Shown here piece after piece: positions 27,713 to 41,152 of a DNA stretch of 64,000 nt (the stretch's first letter is position 1; each line of letters begins with the position of its first letter). The DNA is from Octopus sinensis. Taxonomy: Eukaryota. Under the pieces are notes generated by a model. The model was given only the letters and a program-made list of their open reading frames with translations. It searched no databases and had not been told where the DNA came from. The position numbers were made by a program, and so were the translations under genes. The stretch lies in contig NC_043009.1 of assembly GCF_006345805.1 (NCBI RefSeq), positions 10,168,001 to 10,232,000 of the forward strand. Reading direction: 5' to 3'.

Positions 27713-27972
27713 ATTCCTTCCTTCTCGAGACACGCCTGGCTCATAAGGGCCGGTTTCATTGGCGTATAGGTTTCCCACCTGGATGGGACGCCGGTCCATC
27801 GCAGGTGAGCTGCAATATGCAGGAGGAAAGAGTGAGAGAAAGTTTGCCATTCCCTTCTGCCGGAGCAGCGTGGAGCTTAGGTGTTTCGCTCATAAACACA
27901 CACATCGCACGGTCTGAGATTCGAACCCGCGATCACTCGACCGCTCTAACCACTAGGCCATGTACCTCCACA
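27713..27972 (-). mobile_element. SINE family D
   Basis: Homologous to 13239-13534 with a small internal deletion. Confidence 0.85.
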
Positions 27973-29896
27973 TACGCTAAGCATTGGGAATGAAGGTGAA
28001 GGAACGTAAGATAAAGTATAATACCGCTATTATATTGTTCCTTCACTATATTACTTTTATATTACTATAGGAAATAATTAGTTCCTCTCATTTTATTGCC
28101 TTTAGATTAAAATATATTTTTTGGTTTCCAGTAAATATTTTATTTCTATTTCATTAGATCTATTGGCTCCATAAACATTGAAACATGACGACAATGACAG
28201 TAAGAACAACAGCAACGAACGAAATGCACTATAAAAAAAAAGTCAGAGGTACTCTATGTAACCAGTCCGACTACTAAAGATAGGACATTAGTTCCCTTCA
28301 ACTTACACTACGCAGTTTTTAAATAGGGAAAGAGATATACGCATCCAGTGCACATTTTTTAAACACTTATGATTACAGCTTAAACTCTGTTAAAAATAAA
28401 GCTATGCAACCAAGGTCAATCTAGAAGATAAGCATTATTTACAGCGCAACTTTACGTCATATGCACGACTTTAGCTCCTCCAATAGAGATATTATATTGT
28501 TTAATAATACTGTAATATTTTGAGGTATTCATTTGAAGTAGGAAATCACTCTTATACAGAACATCATAACTTCACTGATATATTTCATATCATATACTTT
28601 TAACTATAATGCTGTAAGTTATAAGTTTATAATATACTAATCACCATTTCCTTGTATTTATGATGGTGAGAGTAGCCATCGACACCGAAAGGATGACAGT
28701 CAAAGTCGACGGAATTTGAACTCAAAAAGTGAAAAACAGACGGAATGACGGTAAGCATTTTGCCCGATTCTTCCAGCTCGCCGCCTTACAGTACCTGTAA
28801 TATTATAATAGTTGTCGTTTGAAGCTGTACCATTTCTGTCTCTCGAAATAAACTAAAAGAACGCAATAATTCTTTATTATAGAGCACCATCGTAAAACTA
28901 TTTTGCTTCACAAAATTATCCGCTTGTTTATATTAATTACACGACAACATACAATTTTGAAAATAACTATTCACAAAAAAAAAAAAAAATATATATTATT
29001 TGCTACAATAATTGGTAAATAATTATTTACTATATTTTATTATTCTATACCATTATTCCTATGAGGAAATTACTATTCTAATTCAAATTCCAAAGAAAAT
29101 GGTGCGCCTCAGCTACGATATTGGTTTTTAACAGAATAACATCCCCCACCAGCTCCCGCCTCTTAATAACGTCTTCACTTTCCACATAAACAGTTCATCT
29201 CCTTTGCATGGGAATAGCAATATTACTGCGTTTAAACGAAACAATTTCCTTGGTACTCATACACAGTTGAGTAAATCATCTTCAAATGTCATCAGCGTCT
29301 TTCAATTGGCTATCTTCTGAAATTGACAAGTAATGTTTTTCAAAATATTCTCACCAGCCATTTTCCAGAATCTGGTCTTATTTCTTCAATACCTATTGTT
29401 ATGTCGAAATAATGTCCTCGGAATGTTTGCATAACGTATATCTTGAAAACATAGCTCCAAGTTATTTCTGGCATTGACAAAACAGATAAATACCATTTAG
29501 ATTCGCATTTAGTCACTCGCATGTGATAACTGCCACAGTTATGGCGAAGCTATTCATTTAGATACATTGTTAAAACTTGCGTGTAACATAACACCAGTGA
29601 TATTGCAAATCTTGCATTGGGGAATCTACACAAACACTTTCGACTGATAATTGTCACAGCTATAACACATCTTCCTCCTAAGTATATTAAAAGGTGCGCG
29701 TGATGATTGTCTTAGATTAGATATGAGATTTATTGCATTTAGAAAGATATCCTGTTGTGTACTACCAAGGTTTTAAAATGCTGAGTTCTTCATTTACATG
29801 TATTAATTATCGAGCTATTGTCTTCTAAATGTCCATGAATCTTGCACTTTGTTGAATTAGGTGATACAGAAGTTTCTGATTTTAATGCTTTAATTA

Positions 29897-31145
29897 TTGG
29901 GTCATCCTATAAATAATGCGTTTTTTTTCATACTTCTTTTATTTTTATTTTTAAGATAAACAAAGTTCTTTTTTAATCTAAAATATACTCTCATTCATTT
30001 TCTACAATGTTCTTCCATCTATCTGCTAGACTGACTTGCAAGGTCCCCTCTTCCAAAATTCATTGTCCATGACAAAAAATACTCCTCCAGTACTGTTCTG
30101 GCCTCTTCTACAGAATTCATTTTCCCCCCGCCCAAATGATTTTGGAGACTGCGGAATAAACCATAATCAGATGGGGGAAAGTCCGGTGAATATGGTGGGT
30201 GGGGCAGCGTTTCCCATTCAAACTGCTCCAGCCTTTGGAATGTCATCCTCACTGTATGTGGCTGAGCATTGTTCTGATGGAAAACACCTTACGTCTTGAA
30301 ACCAAAGACGGTCGTTTTTCTTCTAGCGCTGACTTAAGCCGTTCAAGCTTCTCGTGGTAGATCACCTTTGTCATGGGTTGGCTTGGGTTTAAAAGTTCAA
30401 AGTGGACTAAACCTTTAATATTCCACCAAACAGATAAGAACACGTTATGTGGGTGAAGACCTTTTTAACCTGGGATGCCAGTGTTTCTCCTTTCTCTACC
30501 CACTGTCTTCGGCGCTTGACATTTTTATAGATAACTGATTTCTCGTCACCAGTCACTATTTGGTAAAAAAAAAACGAGTCATTCGTGAGACGTGACAGCA
30601 AAGAAGAGCACACGTTCACATCTGTGCGCGCATAAGACTCGGAGAGTTTGTGAGGAACCCATTGACCCAATTTGTTAACTTTTCCGATGGCACGCAGATG
30701 CCGATGATTGGTTGAATGACCAAATCCATGCTTCTCTGCTAGTTCCTCAACAGTTACGATAGTTTGCAGGATGTCCTTGTTGAGCTCTTCAGATCTTCCA
30801 GGATGAGGCTTGTCTTCTAGGTTGTAGTTACTAGCTCGGATTTTCTGGAACCACTATTGACATTGGCTTACACTTATTGTCCAGTCCCCATATACAGCAT
30901 TAATATTCCTTGCACTTTCCGTTGCAAAATATGCCGAACATGCTCCTTTGTCTCTTCCATTATAGCGTTGAAAAAACATAACTGTTAAAATCGAACTGCA
31001 CTCTTCAAAACTTGCACTAAGAATAAAAACAGTGTAAAAGTTCTACCTGCTTTTATAGCAAGTTGATGCAGGTAGTTTATCCCGTCCCCCTCCGACTCTT
31101 AGTTCTTGCAAATGAAAACACCGCATTATTTATGGGATGACCCAA
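29897..31145 (-). mobile_element. Full-length degenerate mariner (DD34D-type) transposon
   Basis: TIRs ttgggtcatcc(t/c)ataaataatgcg at both ends with TA duplications; pseudogene from ATG 30960 (MEETKEHVRHIL) with WVPHKL, IVTGDEK, LSVWWNIKG and HPPYSPDFPPSDYGLFRSL motifs split by frameshifts. Confidence 0.95.
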
Positions 31146-32169
31146 TAAAAAGCTTTGGTTGTGTAAGTGGCAAGAAACAAAGAAATAAAGAAGAAAAATA
31201 AAACATAATTCCACTGATTCAGCTTACGATAAGATCTAAAGTGTGATGACTCATAAATTTAGGTAGTATTTCGTCGACAGATATATGTGATAGCTAGTAA
31301 ATATTTTAAGTAGATCATAATTTCAGAGTTGTTTATGCGATATCAATATCATAGAAATATGGCATTCTATATAATTTTTAAATTTTGCAAGCAGAAACGT
31401 GTAGAGTCATGTTAAACTTCTACTGAACACAAACAATTCCAAAGCCATAAAACATCATTTACTTATCACGAAAGTGAGTTTGACTCAGTAACCTGAGATA
31501 CATGTGGCTCATCCAATTCTGATTTTTCTTTGAAATAGAATGTTTTTAGTTTTAGTTTATTGTGAATTAGTAAAGTTTGTCGGGTTCATTCGCAGTCAGG
31601 AGAAGATTGTCTGACAACTTAATCGGAATCTTTCTTAAGAGAGAAAGAGGAAGGCATTTTATTTTTCCTTTAGTGTATGAGAGTGTAGAAATATCGAAGG
31701 ATAGCTGATAATGGTGGAGAATTAGTTACTTCAAATGCCTGAAGGTAAGAACTTGGTGAGAGAACGGGAGAGAATTTGTGCGCGAGTGAAGTAGGAGGTG
31801 CTAGCAGAGAATTCGAACGAGGAAGAAGGCAAGGGTTATAAGAAAGAACGGCAGGAGTGGCGATCGGTATAAATAGGGAAGACGTCGTTGTCCACTTGAA
31901 GGTCATTGACCAGTAAAGTGTCGGTAACTGTATCTAGATTCATGTCTACACGTACGAACACACATACAAAACGCATACAAATACATACACATGCATAAAA
32001 ACATAGACACACACACAAAAGTGCGCGCGCGACGCACACACACAGACACACACACAGATGCCCCGATACTTGAAAAAAACCTGCCAGCAACCAAATATTC
32101 ATACACAGCACACACATATATGGTACTGACTTGCGCTTACATACATACGAGTAATTTTTTCTCATTTTG

Positions 32170-32580
32170 GAAAATATCCAGCAATTTTGATGTGAGGGAT
32201 AAGTCGACGACATCGACCCCAGTATTTCACTGGTACTTATTTTATCGACCCCCCCCCAAAAAAAGAGTGAAAGGCAAACTCGAACTGGACTGAACTTGAA
32301 CTTAGAAGGTAAACAGCAGGAATAAATGTCGCTGTGCATTTTGTCCGACGAACTGACGATTCTGCCAGCTTGTCGCCTTACGTAATCCTTTCTACTATTG
32401 GCACAAGGCCTGAAAGGCTGGGAAGGCAGTTCTAGTCGATTATATCGTCCCCAATGTTAAAGTGATACACATTTTATCGACCGCAACTGGAGTTTTAACT
32501 CAGAAGGTAAAGAGCCGGAAGCAATGTCGCTAAGTATTTTGCCGAACCGCGAACGGTTCTTCCCGTTCACCGCTTTCACT
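32170..32580 (-). mobile_element. Two degenerate SINE family B copies
   Basis: aagtcgacgacatcgaccccagtatttcactggtacttattttatcgacc, and a second ttggcacaaggcc...ttttatcgacc...aactcagaagg. Confidence 0.65.
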
Positions 32581-33329
32581 TTCCCAAATTTTCTTCCCTT
32601 CTTTTACCCGATCCCTTCTCTTCTCCACATTGGCAGTAACTAATTCTTTCACTATTTCATTTTGTAATTCTTCAGTATTTCCACTGTCTTATGGACTCTG
32701 GGTAAAGAAACCTCTTTTCTATCTATCTGACGGACTCAGTAAGAAGTTTTTCAACCACAGATGTGGCAATGTGATTAAGAAGTACACTTTTCAGACACAT
32801 GGTTTCGGGTTCATTCTCACTCATCAGCACCTTGGGAAAATATCTTCTTTTATAGCCTCGAACACACCCATGCCGTGTGAGTGAAACCCATGGTATATAC
32901 CCTCACACCCCCACATCTTCATCCCACGCTCACACTCACCCTCATATGTGTATATATATATATATATATATATTATTATTATATATATATATTATTATAT
33001 GATCGAACGCCACACATCCTTTTCCAAGAAAGTTTTATCTTAATAATTACGACGCGCACTCTTCTATCTCTACTATCTCTTCTCTGTGCATCTCTCCCTT
33101 CTCTTGTTCTTCATCCTTTCTGGTTTTCTCTCTCCCCTTCCCTATTCTTCTTCTCTCCTCTTCACCGTTCCCTCTCTCTCACTCTTCCTCCTTGACTCTC
33201 TCGTCGCTGATACGTGACGAAAGGGAATTTATCTTTCTGCTTATTTCCTTGCTAAAGACAACACGTGCATATACCTGTTTCCTCTCATAAGCTCGTCTTC
33301 CTAGCGTTCATAATACTTTGTCACATCCT

Positions 33330-33640
33330 CTTGGCTTAACAGCCCTCACCGTTTGTTGTTACTGCCTTGTTCTCACTGTCCTGTTTTTGTTACTACTTTC
33401 ACCCTCCGCAAAAAATCCCAAATTTTATTTAATTTGCTTTGCGGGAAGGACTGTTTCAACGAAGTCGCGTATTGTCCTTCCCTTCGAAACACGGAGTACA
33501 TGAAAAAGGACAACTGACGAAGGGGAAAGGTCTTTATGATGCATGTCTCGTTTCTCTGTTTGTTTTTTTCGTTGTTCGAAAAAGGTTCGTTTTCTATGTT
33601 TTTGGTTTTATGTTTTCGTTTTGTCATTGTGTCTACGTTT
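33330..33640 (+). repeat. Unclassified dispersed repeat (inverted copy at 47870-48215)
   Basis: ttctcactgtcctgtttttgttac...aattttatttaatttgctttgcgggaaggactgtttcaa is the reverse complement of 48115-48210. Confidence 0.8.
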
Positions 33641-33869
33641 TTTGATGTCCTGTACCCATATATGCATGTATATATACATATATATGTAGGTATGTACATA
33701 TATGTATGTATATATGAATAGAAATTCATAAACCCTTTAATGTATTGCTACTTACATTTCAAAAACTGCATTCTTTAGTTGTTGCATTCTCCATCCCTAG
33801 GATATTACAAATATGATTTGCATTGCTATGCACAATGTTTCTGTCCGTCTGTCTGTCTGTGTGTGTGTG

Positions 33870-33904
<35 letters not shown>

Positions 33905-33906
33905 TG

Positions 33907-33937
<31 letters not shown>

Positions 33938-33976
33938 TCACATACATACACACACACACACACCACACACACACTC

Positions 33977-34069
<93 letters not shown>

Positions 34070-34299
34070 AGCGATGGAAGCAGTACTGGATACCAAATGG
34101 TAATCTTGATCCCCAAGTAAACGTGGAGGGTATTTTTGAAGAGAGAGCAGTGGGTTAATTACTTTGAGAGAAACTCTCAAATAAGCCTGCTCGTTATTTG
34201 TGACACGAGTGCCTGTATGAACACAGATATTCAGTGCAAAGTTGACCAGAGATTCGGCTGCTATGTCACTGTTGAGCATGTCATTGAGAAGTCAATGTA

Positions 34300-35850
34300 C
34301 AGGTAAAATCACGTGATCTGGACACAGTTATGGGTGGGGGTGAAAGAGAGGGAGGCAGAGAAAATCCTGGTTTGGCAACAACAAAGATTGGACAGGTCAC
34401 AACACTGCAGATCTTCTACGCATGACAGGGAACAGAGGCCAATGGTGATGGCTGACTACAAAAGTGTCTAGAGTTATTTCTTTATTACCCACTAGGGTCG
34501 AAAGTGTCTAGAGTGACATCCCTACAACTGGCTGCACCAGCATTTCCAGAAGCCGTAGCAGACGGTTTTTGTCTGTTAATGATATAAGGCGGCGAGTTGG
34601 CAGAAACGTTAGCACGCCGGGCGAAATGCCTAACCGTATTTCGTCTGCCGCTACGTTCTGAGTTCAAATTCCGCCGAAGTCGACTTTGCCTTTCATCCTT
34701 TCGGGGTCGATTAAATAAGTACCAGTTACGCACTGGGGTCGATGTAATCGACTTAATCCCTTTGTTTGTCCTTGTTTGTCCCCTCTATGTTTAACCCCTT
34801 GTGGGTAATAAAGGAACAGATATAAGCACGCGTGCTTTTATGCACCACGAGTCCATATGTGCTTCAGAAGGCAGGTAGACATCCCGTACACAGAGCACAA
34901 AGCGAGCAGTTTTGTGAAGCAGCAAGTCAACAAATATGCTGGCGGGCAGGAACGACACCTTGCACAAGTAAAACGACGAAAGCTTGCCGGACACGGTTAC
35001 GTGTCTCGCTACACTTCCCAACCTCAAACCATTTTTCTGGGCACAGTTGTGGGAGGGTGAAAGACAGGCAGACAGAGAAAATCCTGGTTTGACAACATCA
35101 AGGATTGTACAGGTCACAACGCTGCAGGTCACTTCTACGCATGACAGGGAACAGAGGCCAATGGTGACGGCTGACTACGAAAGTGTTTAGAGTGACATCC
35201 CTACAACTGGCTGCATCAGCATTTCCGGAGGCCGTAGCAGACGGTTTTTGTCTGTCAATGATATAAGGCGGCGAAATGCCTAGCGGTATTTCGTCTGCCG
35301 CTACGTTCTGCTTTCGAATTCCGCCGAGGTCGACTTTGCCTTTCATCCTTTCGGGGTCGATTAAATAAGTACCAGTTACGCACTGGGGTCGATGTAATCG
35401 ACTTAATACCTATGTCTGTCCTTGTTTGTCCCCTCTATGTTTAGCTCCTTGTGGGTAGTAAAGAAACAGATATAAGCACGAGTGCTTTTATGTACCACGA
35501 TCCATATGTGCTTCAGAAGGCAGGTAGACATTCCGTACACCGAGAGCAAAGCGAACATCTTTGTGAAGCAGCAAGTCAACAAATATGCTGACGGGCAGGA
35601 ACCACACCTTGCACAAGTAAAAAGACGAAAGCTTGCCGGACACGGTTACGTGTCTCGCTACACTTCCCTACCTCAAACCATTTTTCTGGGCACAGTTGTG
35701 GGAGGGTGAAAGACAGGCAGACAGAGAAAATCCTGGTTTGACAACATCAAGGATTGGACAGGTCACAACACTGCAGATCTTCTACGCATGACAGGGAACA
35801 GAGACCGGCTGACTAAGAAAGCGTCTAGAGTGACACCCCAACAACTGGCT
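34300..35850 (+). mobile_element. Tandem array (~680 bp period) of an RTE-LINE 3' fragment plus SINE family B
   Basis: Repeated peptide LAQVKRRKLAGHGYVSRYTSQPQTIFLGTVVGG*KTGRQRKSWFDNIKD (RTE C-terminus LAxVKRRKLxWFGHVxR...GRxRKxWxDNIK); SINE B copies start at 34585 and 35263. Confidence 0.85.
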
Positions 35851-35897
35851 GCATCAGTTAAACGATCTTGTTTACGATATTTATACATTTACATCCG

Positions 35898-36015
<118 letters not shown>

Positions 36016-36564
36016 GCGTATGAGGGATCCTGGAATTTTCTCCATTATCATTTTCATGCGAGAGTTTTCTTAAATGCGTCATACGCTTGATTTTTATGAG
36101 TGAAGTGAAATTACTGAAGCTCGGAATGAAAAACGCTATTGTAAACTTTACTTGCACCGCGGTTAATTTCTACTTGAGGAAAACTCTTAGTGGTAGTTCG
36201 AGGACTAGTAATAGCAAGTAAGATTATGGCAAATCATACACAACAGGCTTAAAGAATATTATATAAATTGGATAATATATTTCTGGACACACAGAAAGAT
36301 TGCACTGTAAATACGGGAGCATTTTTGGTAACACTGCAACACAATTTAAATTTTCTTTGTCTTTGGTCTGTAAGTGTTATTTCTTATTTGCTTCTATCTA
36401 AAAATCAAAGGAAACGACTACGTTTCACTTCCAACTTTGCTTTTCTCACCTGGCCATCAATGTCGTGAAACTGACCTATTTTCCATTACATTTCAGACAG
36501 ATTCAGCGCTGAGTTGCCGAAGCAGAAATATCGTTATTGCAAATATTCACACCACAGATTCGCT

Positions 36565-36712
36565 TGACAGTTACTTGACCTTATCCTGTTGAGCATGTCC
36601 GTTTTGTGGTTGACAATCATGTGCATCTCTGACCATGAGCGGGAGTAGCGGGGGAGCATCATAGCCATGTGTTGAGAAAGATTCTTCGGGGTTTGAATAA
36701 GTGTAGCAAAAG
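36565..36712 (+). mobile_element. Internal fragment of the (AAT)n-tailed repeat
   Basis: gttgagcatgtcc...ggggagcatcatagccatgtgttgaga matches 12413-12500. Confidence 0.7.
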
Positions 36713-36923
36713 CAAAATTTGAAGGTAATTAGCTTTTTTTTTAGGCTTTCTGGTGGGTGGGGGATAAGCAAATAGGAAATACCTGTTGCTGCTTAAGGGC
36801 CAAAATCGTGTTACAGAGTGAAATAGATCTCATCTTTATGCGTTGATATTATTGTTAAACAACATCAAAATAAATTTATCAACAACGACACAATAGTTTT
36901 ATATCGCTTTGCATATTATAGTA

Positions 36924-37272
36924 TACTAGCAGTATCGCCCGGCGTTGCTCGGGTTTGTAAGGGAAATAACTATATAAGCATTTTTAGAGATGTAAAGTAT
37001 AATAGCCATCTCAATATGGCTAACCACAAAGGGGGATGTTACTAGCTTTTTACGTTCTGAGTATACATTTTTAGAGAGTTATTTCCCTTATATAATAGCA
37101 AAAAATGCATTAAAAAATGGGAAAAAATGATGGTTAATACCCAGAAGGGCTCGATATGAATCACGACTATAAGATACCCGGTTTTGGTTACACTGCACCG
37201 CAAAATGTGGGAGTAGTTAGGAATCTAAATCGTAGGAGACAGCCACACAACTTTAGTTTTATATATAAAGAT
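36924..37272 (+). mobile_element. DINE-1/Lep1-like non-autonomous Helitron/Helentron
   Basis: 5' tactagcagtatcgcccggcgttgctcggg with subterminal hairpin cccg-gcgttgct-cggg; 3' end ...cacaactttagttttatatataaagat. Confidence 0.6.
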
Positions 37273-37727
37273 TTATATAATTCTTATTAGGATACAATAA
37301 ATCTTATTTTTGCAGAGAAAATAAAAGTCATATAGCTATATTTTCTTCATGTATTAGAAAAGAAAAACATGGTTTACATCCATTCGTGTGGTAATTATTT
37401 CAGGTATGAACAATATTGTATTGAAATAAATTAATGATTGTATATGAAATAATTTAGCTACGGAGAATAATATTGCCATTGGAGAGTAGGTTGCAATTAG
37501 ATTTCACAAAGTTCCTGAAACGAATTGCTATGCACGTGGGTTAGATTGAATGCGAGGAAAATAGTTCATAAAATGTCAAAATCATTTCTGTTTCACTGAA
37601 ATGCTGAATCCCTAAGGCCTACATCAGGGTTTCCGTTAAGGATTGACGGCATTTTGTTGATGTGGATTAATATAAAGAGAACAATGAATGAGAATTGATT
37701 TTTATGCTATTCTATTACAACTGGTTG

Positions 37728-38060
37728 GACACACACACACACACACATACACACACGCGCACACATACACACACACACACGCACACACACACAAAGACAC
37801 ATGCACACACACACACGCGCGCACACACACACACAAACACACACACACACACGCACACATACACACACACACGCGCACGCACAAACACACACGCGCACAC
37901 ACACACACACAAAGACACATGCACACACACACACACACGCACACACACACACAAACACACACACACACGCACACATACACACACGCGCACACAAACACAC
38001 ACCACACACACACACACGCGCACACACACACGCACACACACACACACAAACACAAAGACA
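37728..38060. repeat. Complex (CA)n/(CG) microsatellite
   Basis: Visible array. Confidence 0.95.
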
Positions 38061-38934
38061 CAGAGAAAGAGCTATGGTGGTGGTAGGAAATCGTTGCAAT
38101 CTCAAAGGTACCATTACAGCATACGTTTAAATGTGCTCCGACTATGACAAATATACACAAACAAAGTCCTATAAAAGCTACAGAGTAAAACAAGAGCAGA
38201 AATATCCAGTCACGCAGGTATACACACGTTGAAGTGCTGTGTATATTAACATGAATACAGGGAGAAGCAATACGGACAAAATTGCAAACACTGATGTTCA
38301 TAAAAGCGCTTAAATACACACTCGGAGACACGGGTAGAAGTATTACAGAGAGAGATGGCGAGAGAGAGAGAGAGAAAGGGGGAAGAAGGAGAGGAGGAGA
38401 GAGATGCCTTGAGAAAGAGAAAGAGAAAGAGGGTTAGAGAGATGGAAGAAGAGATGGGCAAAGAGATAGAAGAAAGAAAAATAGATATATGCATACAAAT
38501 AAGCAAATTATTTAAGAGCATATTTAAACGCATCAGACCCTCTTTGTCATTCCCCGTACACACCGACACACATACACATGAACACACACATGTTTATACA
38601 GAAGTTTACAATTTAACATGTTGCTTTGATATTCTGATAACCCAACACCAGCCGTAGAGTTTTGTTTCCTTCTTAGAGAATTGCTTGTATTTATTTCAAT
38701 TCTCTATGTGGGAAGAATGCTAATACAAATTGACCGCTATACACACATACATACATGGTGGCTGCCCCCTTGTTATCGAGTATGGCCATTGCGCGAAGCT
38801 TAATCAATGTTGTTGTCGTGCAATGCCTGTGCAAGAAGACTTTTTTAAAGTGAGGAAAGGCTGTGCACTGAGTCAATCCCACTCACTAAGCAACAGCAGC
38901 CATAATCCGAAAAGAAGAACAAATCAACATCATC

Positions 38935-39255
38935 GGTAACCGCTGAGCCGCAGGTTTTATGTCGGAGTTATCCCAGTTACCTGAGTTACCTTCTCCTAGA
39001 AGGATGCCCTAACAAAGGCTAGGAGTCCTTCACTCCCAATGGTTTAACCGCGCGATCGGGTATTCAGTCCGATTATTTCTATGTCCCCGCGCATGATACA
39101 GCTTTAAGACATTTTATTGGATGGCCGTTGACTCTCAAGAGTTCCTCCGCCCTTTGACGGGTTTTGTTTTTCATCCCGCAGGGTGACAAATAAACACCCT
39201 CCTCACCAAGCAAGCTTGGTGGGGTTGCCGGTTTAGTCGCCGACAACCCGACCAT
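38935..39255 (-). mobile_element. Probable RTE-type LINE 5' UTR remnant
   Basis: GC-richer block containing ccttctcctagaaggatgccctaacaaaggctaggagtcc, resembling (from memory) the reverse complement of RTE 5' UTRs. Confidence 0.35.
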
Positions 39256-39354
39256 CCATCCATCCATCCATCCATACATACATACATACATACATACATA
39301 CATACATACTACAAACATACATACATACATAAACACAAACCCATAGACATACTG

Positions 39355-39520
39355 GTTTTAGATCTTGGTACAAGGCCAGCAATTTCGGGTTAGTGATTGC
39401 ATCGACTCCATCCCAGTGACCAACTGCTATTTATTTTATCAGCCCCGAAAGGGTCAAAGACAAAATCTACCTTAGCGGTATTCGAACTAAGAACGTAAAG
39501 ACAGACGAAATGCCGCTAGT
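39355..39520 (-). mobile_element. Degenerate SINE family B
   Basis: ttggtacaaggccagcaatttc...ttttatcagccccgaaagg...gaactaagaacgtaaagacagacgaaatgccgct. Confidence 0.7.
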
Positions 39521-39613
39521 GGGCAAGTGTCTTCTGCTATACACTCGGGCCGACCAAACACTTGTGAGTGGACTTAGCAGACGGAAACTGAAAGAAGGTC
39601 GTCGTATATATAC

Positions 39614-39711
<98 letters not shown>

Positions 39712-39892
39712 TATTATATTGTTGGCTGCTATTTCTAGCATGTAAAAATTACCTGTTAAAGGGTAATTTTCTTTTGTGTTTAAATGTACACTAGTTAAAA
39801 ATATGAATATGTTGTCTATTGACTATTTATACATGCTCGGCCACTGGTGGTGATATTTATATAACGAATATTCTCTACCCAATATATGTATG

Positions 39893-39986
<94 letters not shown>

Positions 39987-40208
39987 TGTATGTATGTATG
40001 TATGTCTTTGAGTCTGTTTATCCTCCCATTATTGTTCGGCAATCGATGTTGGTGTAATTGCGCCCCCGTAACTTAGCAGTTCGGAAAAAGAAACAGAGTA
40101 AGTACTAGGTTTATGAAGAATAAGTCCTGGGGTCGATTTGTTCGACTAAAGGCGGTGCTTCAGCATGGCCGCAGTCAAATGACTGAAACAAATAAAAGAA
40201 TAAAAGAA
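39520..40208 (+). mobile_element. SINE family A split by ~400 bp of microsatellite and inserted sequence
   Basis: Left body at 39520-39606, right half at 40005-40208. Confidence 0.7.
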
Positions 40209-40890
40209 TAGTTAGACAACGAAAATGTACACTGAAAGTATATTCTGGAATATTTTCTTCCTGTTTAGACAGGGAGTGAGCCATTTGAGGAAGTTGTGAA
40301 TGATTCAATCATCTTCCAGTAAATTACCGCTGGTAGTTTTTTGATCAAATGTCTGATTAAAAAATGCTGACTCAAGTTCAGTTCCGAGTTCCTCACCACT
40401 ATAACAAAAATCGATAAACCACCATAAAAGTAAATAAAAAACACTGTTGAAACATTTGAAAAATTCTAATGAGTTAGACAAACATATTTTGGTGTTTGTT
40501 GAATAATTGAAAACATATATTTGTCGATAATATTTCTGTAATATTTTTTGGTGTAATATAAAATAAGTTACTATAAATAAGTTACTATAAAATAGTTATG
40601 TAAGTGCATAAAAGATATAAATGTTTGGAAAACCTTAGAGCAATGCAGCTGAGAATTTAGACAAAAAGCATACAGTTTTGTCAGTTATGTTAATAAATGA
40701 AAGCCACGACAAAAAATACTGTATTACTTTACATAAACTGTTTAATGGTGTTATCGTGTTTCGCGTAAGATTATCTTTTACATTAAAGCAAGAAATGAGT
40801 TACTTATAATATTCGGGAAAGACAATGTTCTTACATTATTTCGGTTAAGATTCTCCTTTTCAAATAAAAGAAACAAAATGAGATACTTGC

Positions 40891-40999
40891 CGTTCTCATA
40901 AGAGGTAATTGAAGTTAATTCAAGCGTGTAGTCCATTTTTAAAATTCTCATTACTGTTTGCAATATCATATTTTCCCGTCTTCTATAGAGCTCGCTGTT
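40891..40999 (-). CDS. Candidate coding exon of an unidentified gene
   Basis: actaacag acceptor with branch-like actaac; open frame NSELYRRRENMILQTVMRILKMDYTLELTSITSYEN; non-canonical G|gcaagt donor; no homolog recognised. Confidence 0.25.
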
Positions 41000-41060
41000 C
41001 TGTTAGTTAAGTATTATTTGAGATTGAAAGATTAGTCATTTTTGTAAGTAATAGACTTAC

Positions 41061-41152
41061 TTCCATCAATTTATTATCAGTGAAAATCTTACGTCCATCC
41101 ACTTCCGCCGCTGTGAACCATCGTTCCAATAGTGTCAATAAAATGCTCACTC
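41061..41152 (-). CDS. Candidate coding exon of an unidentified gene
   Basis: ttgtgcag acceptor and GAA|gtaagt donor; 92 nt, open frame VSILLTLLERWFTAAEVDGRKIFTDNKLME, phase-compatible with 40999-40891 over a 61-nt intron. Confidence 0.3.

Noticed and set aside
31670-31906. Pro/Ser-rich ORF containing LSAIL as a candidate Dbx exon 1
   Set aside because: It lacks LKFG before the SAIL-like word and has no suitable phase-1 donor; more likely a decayed TE.
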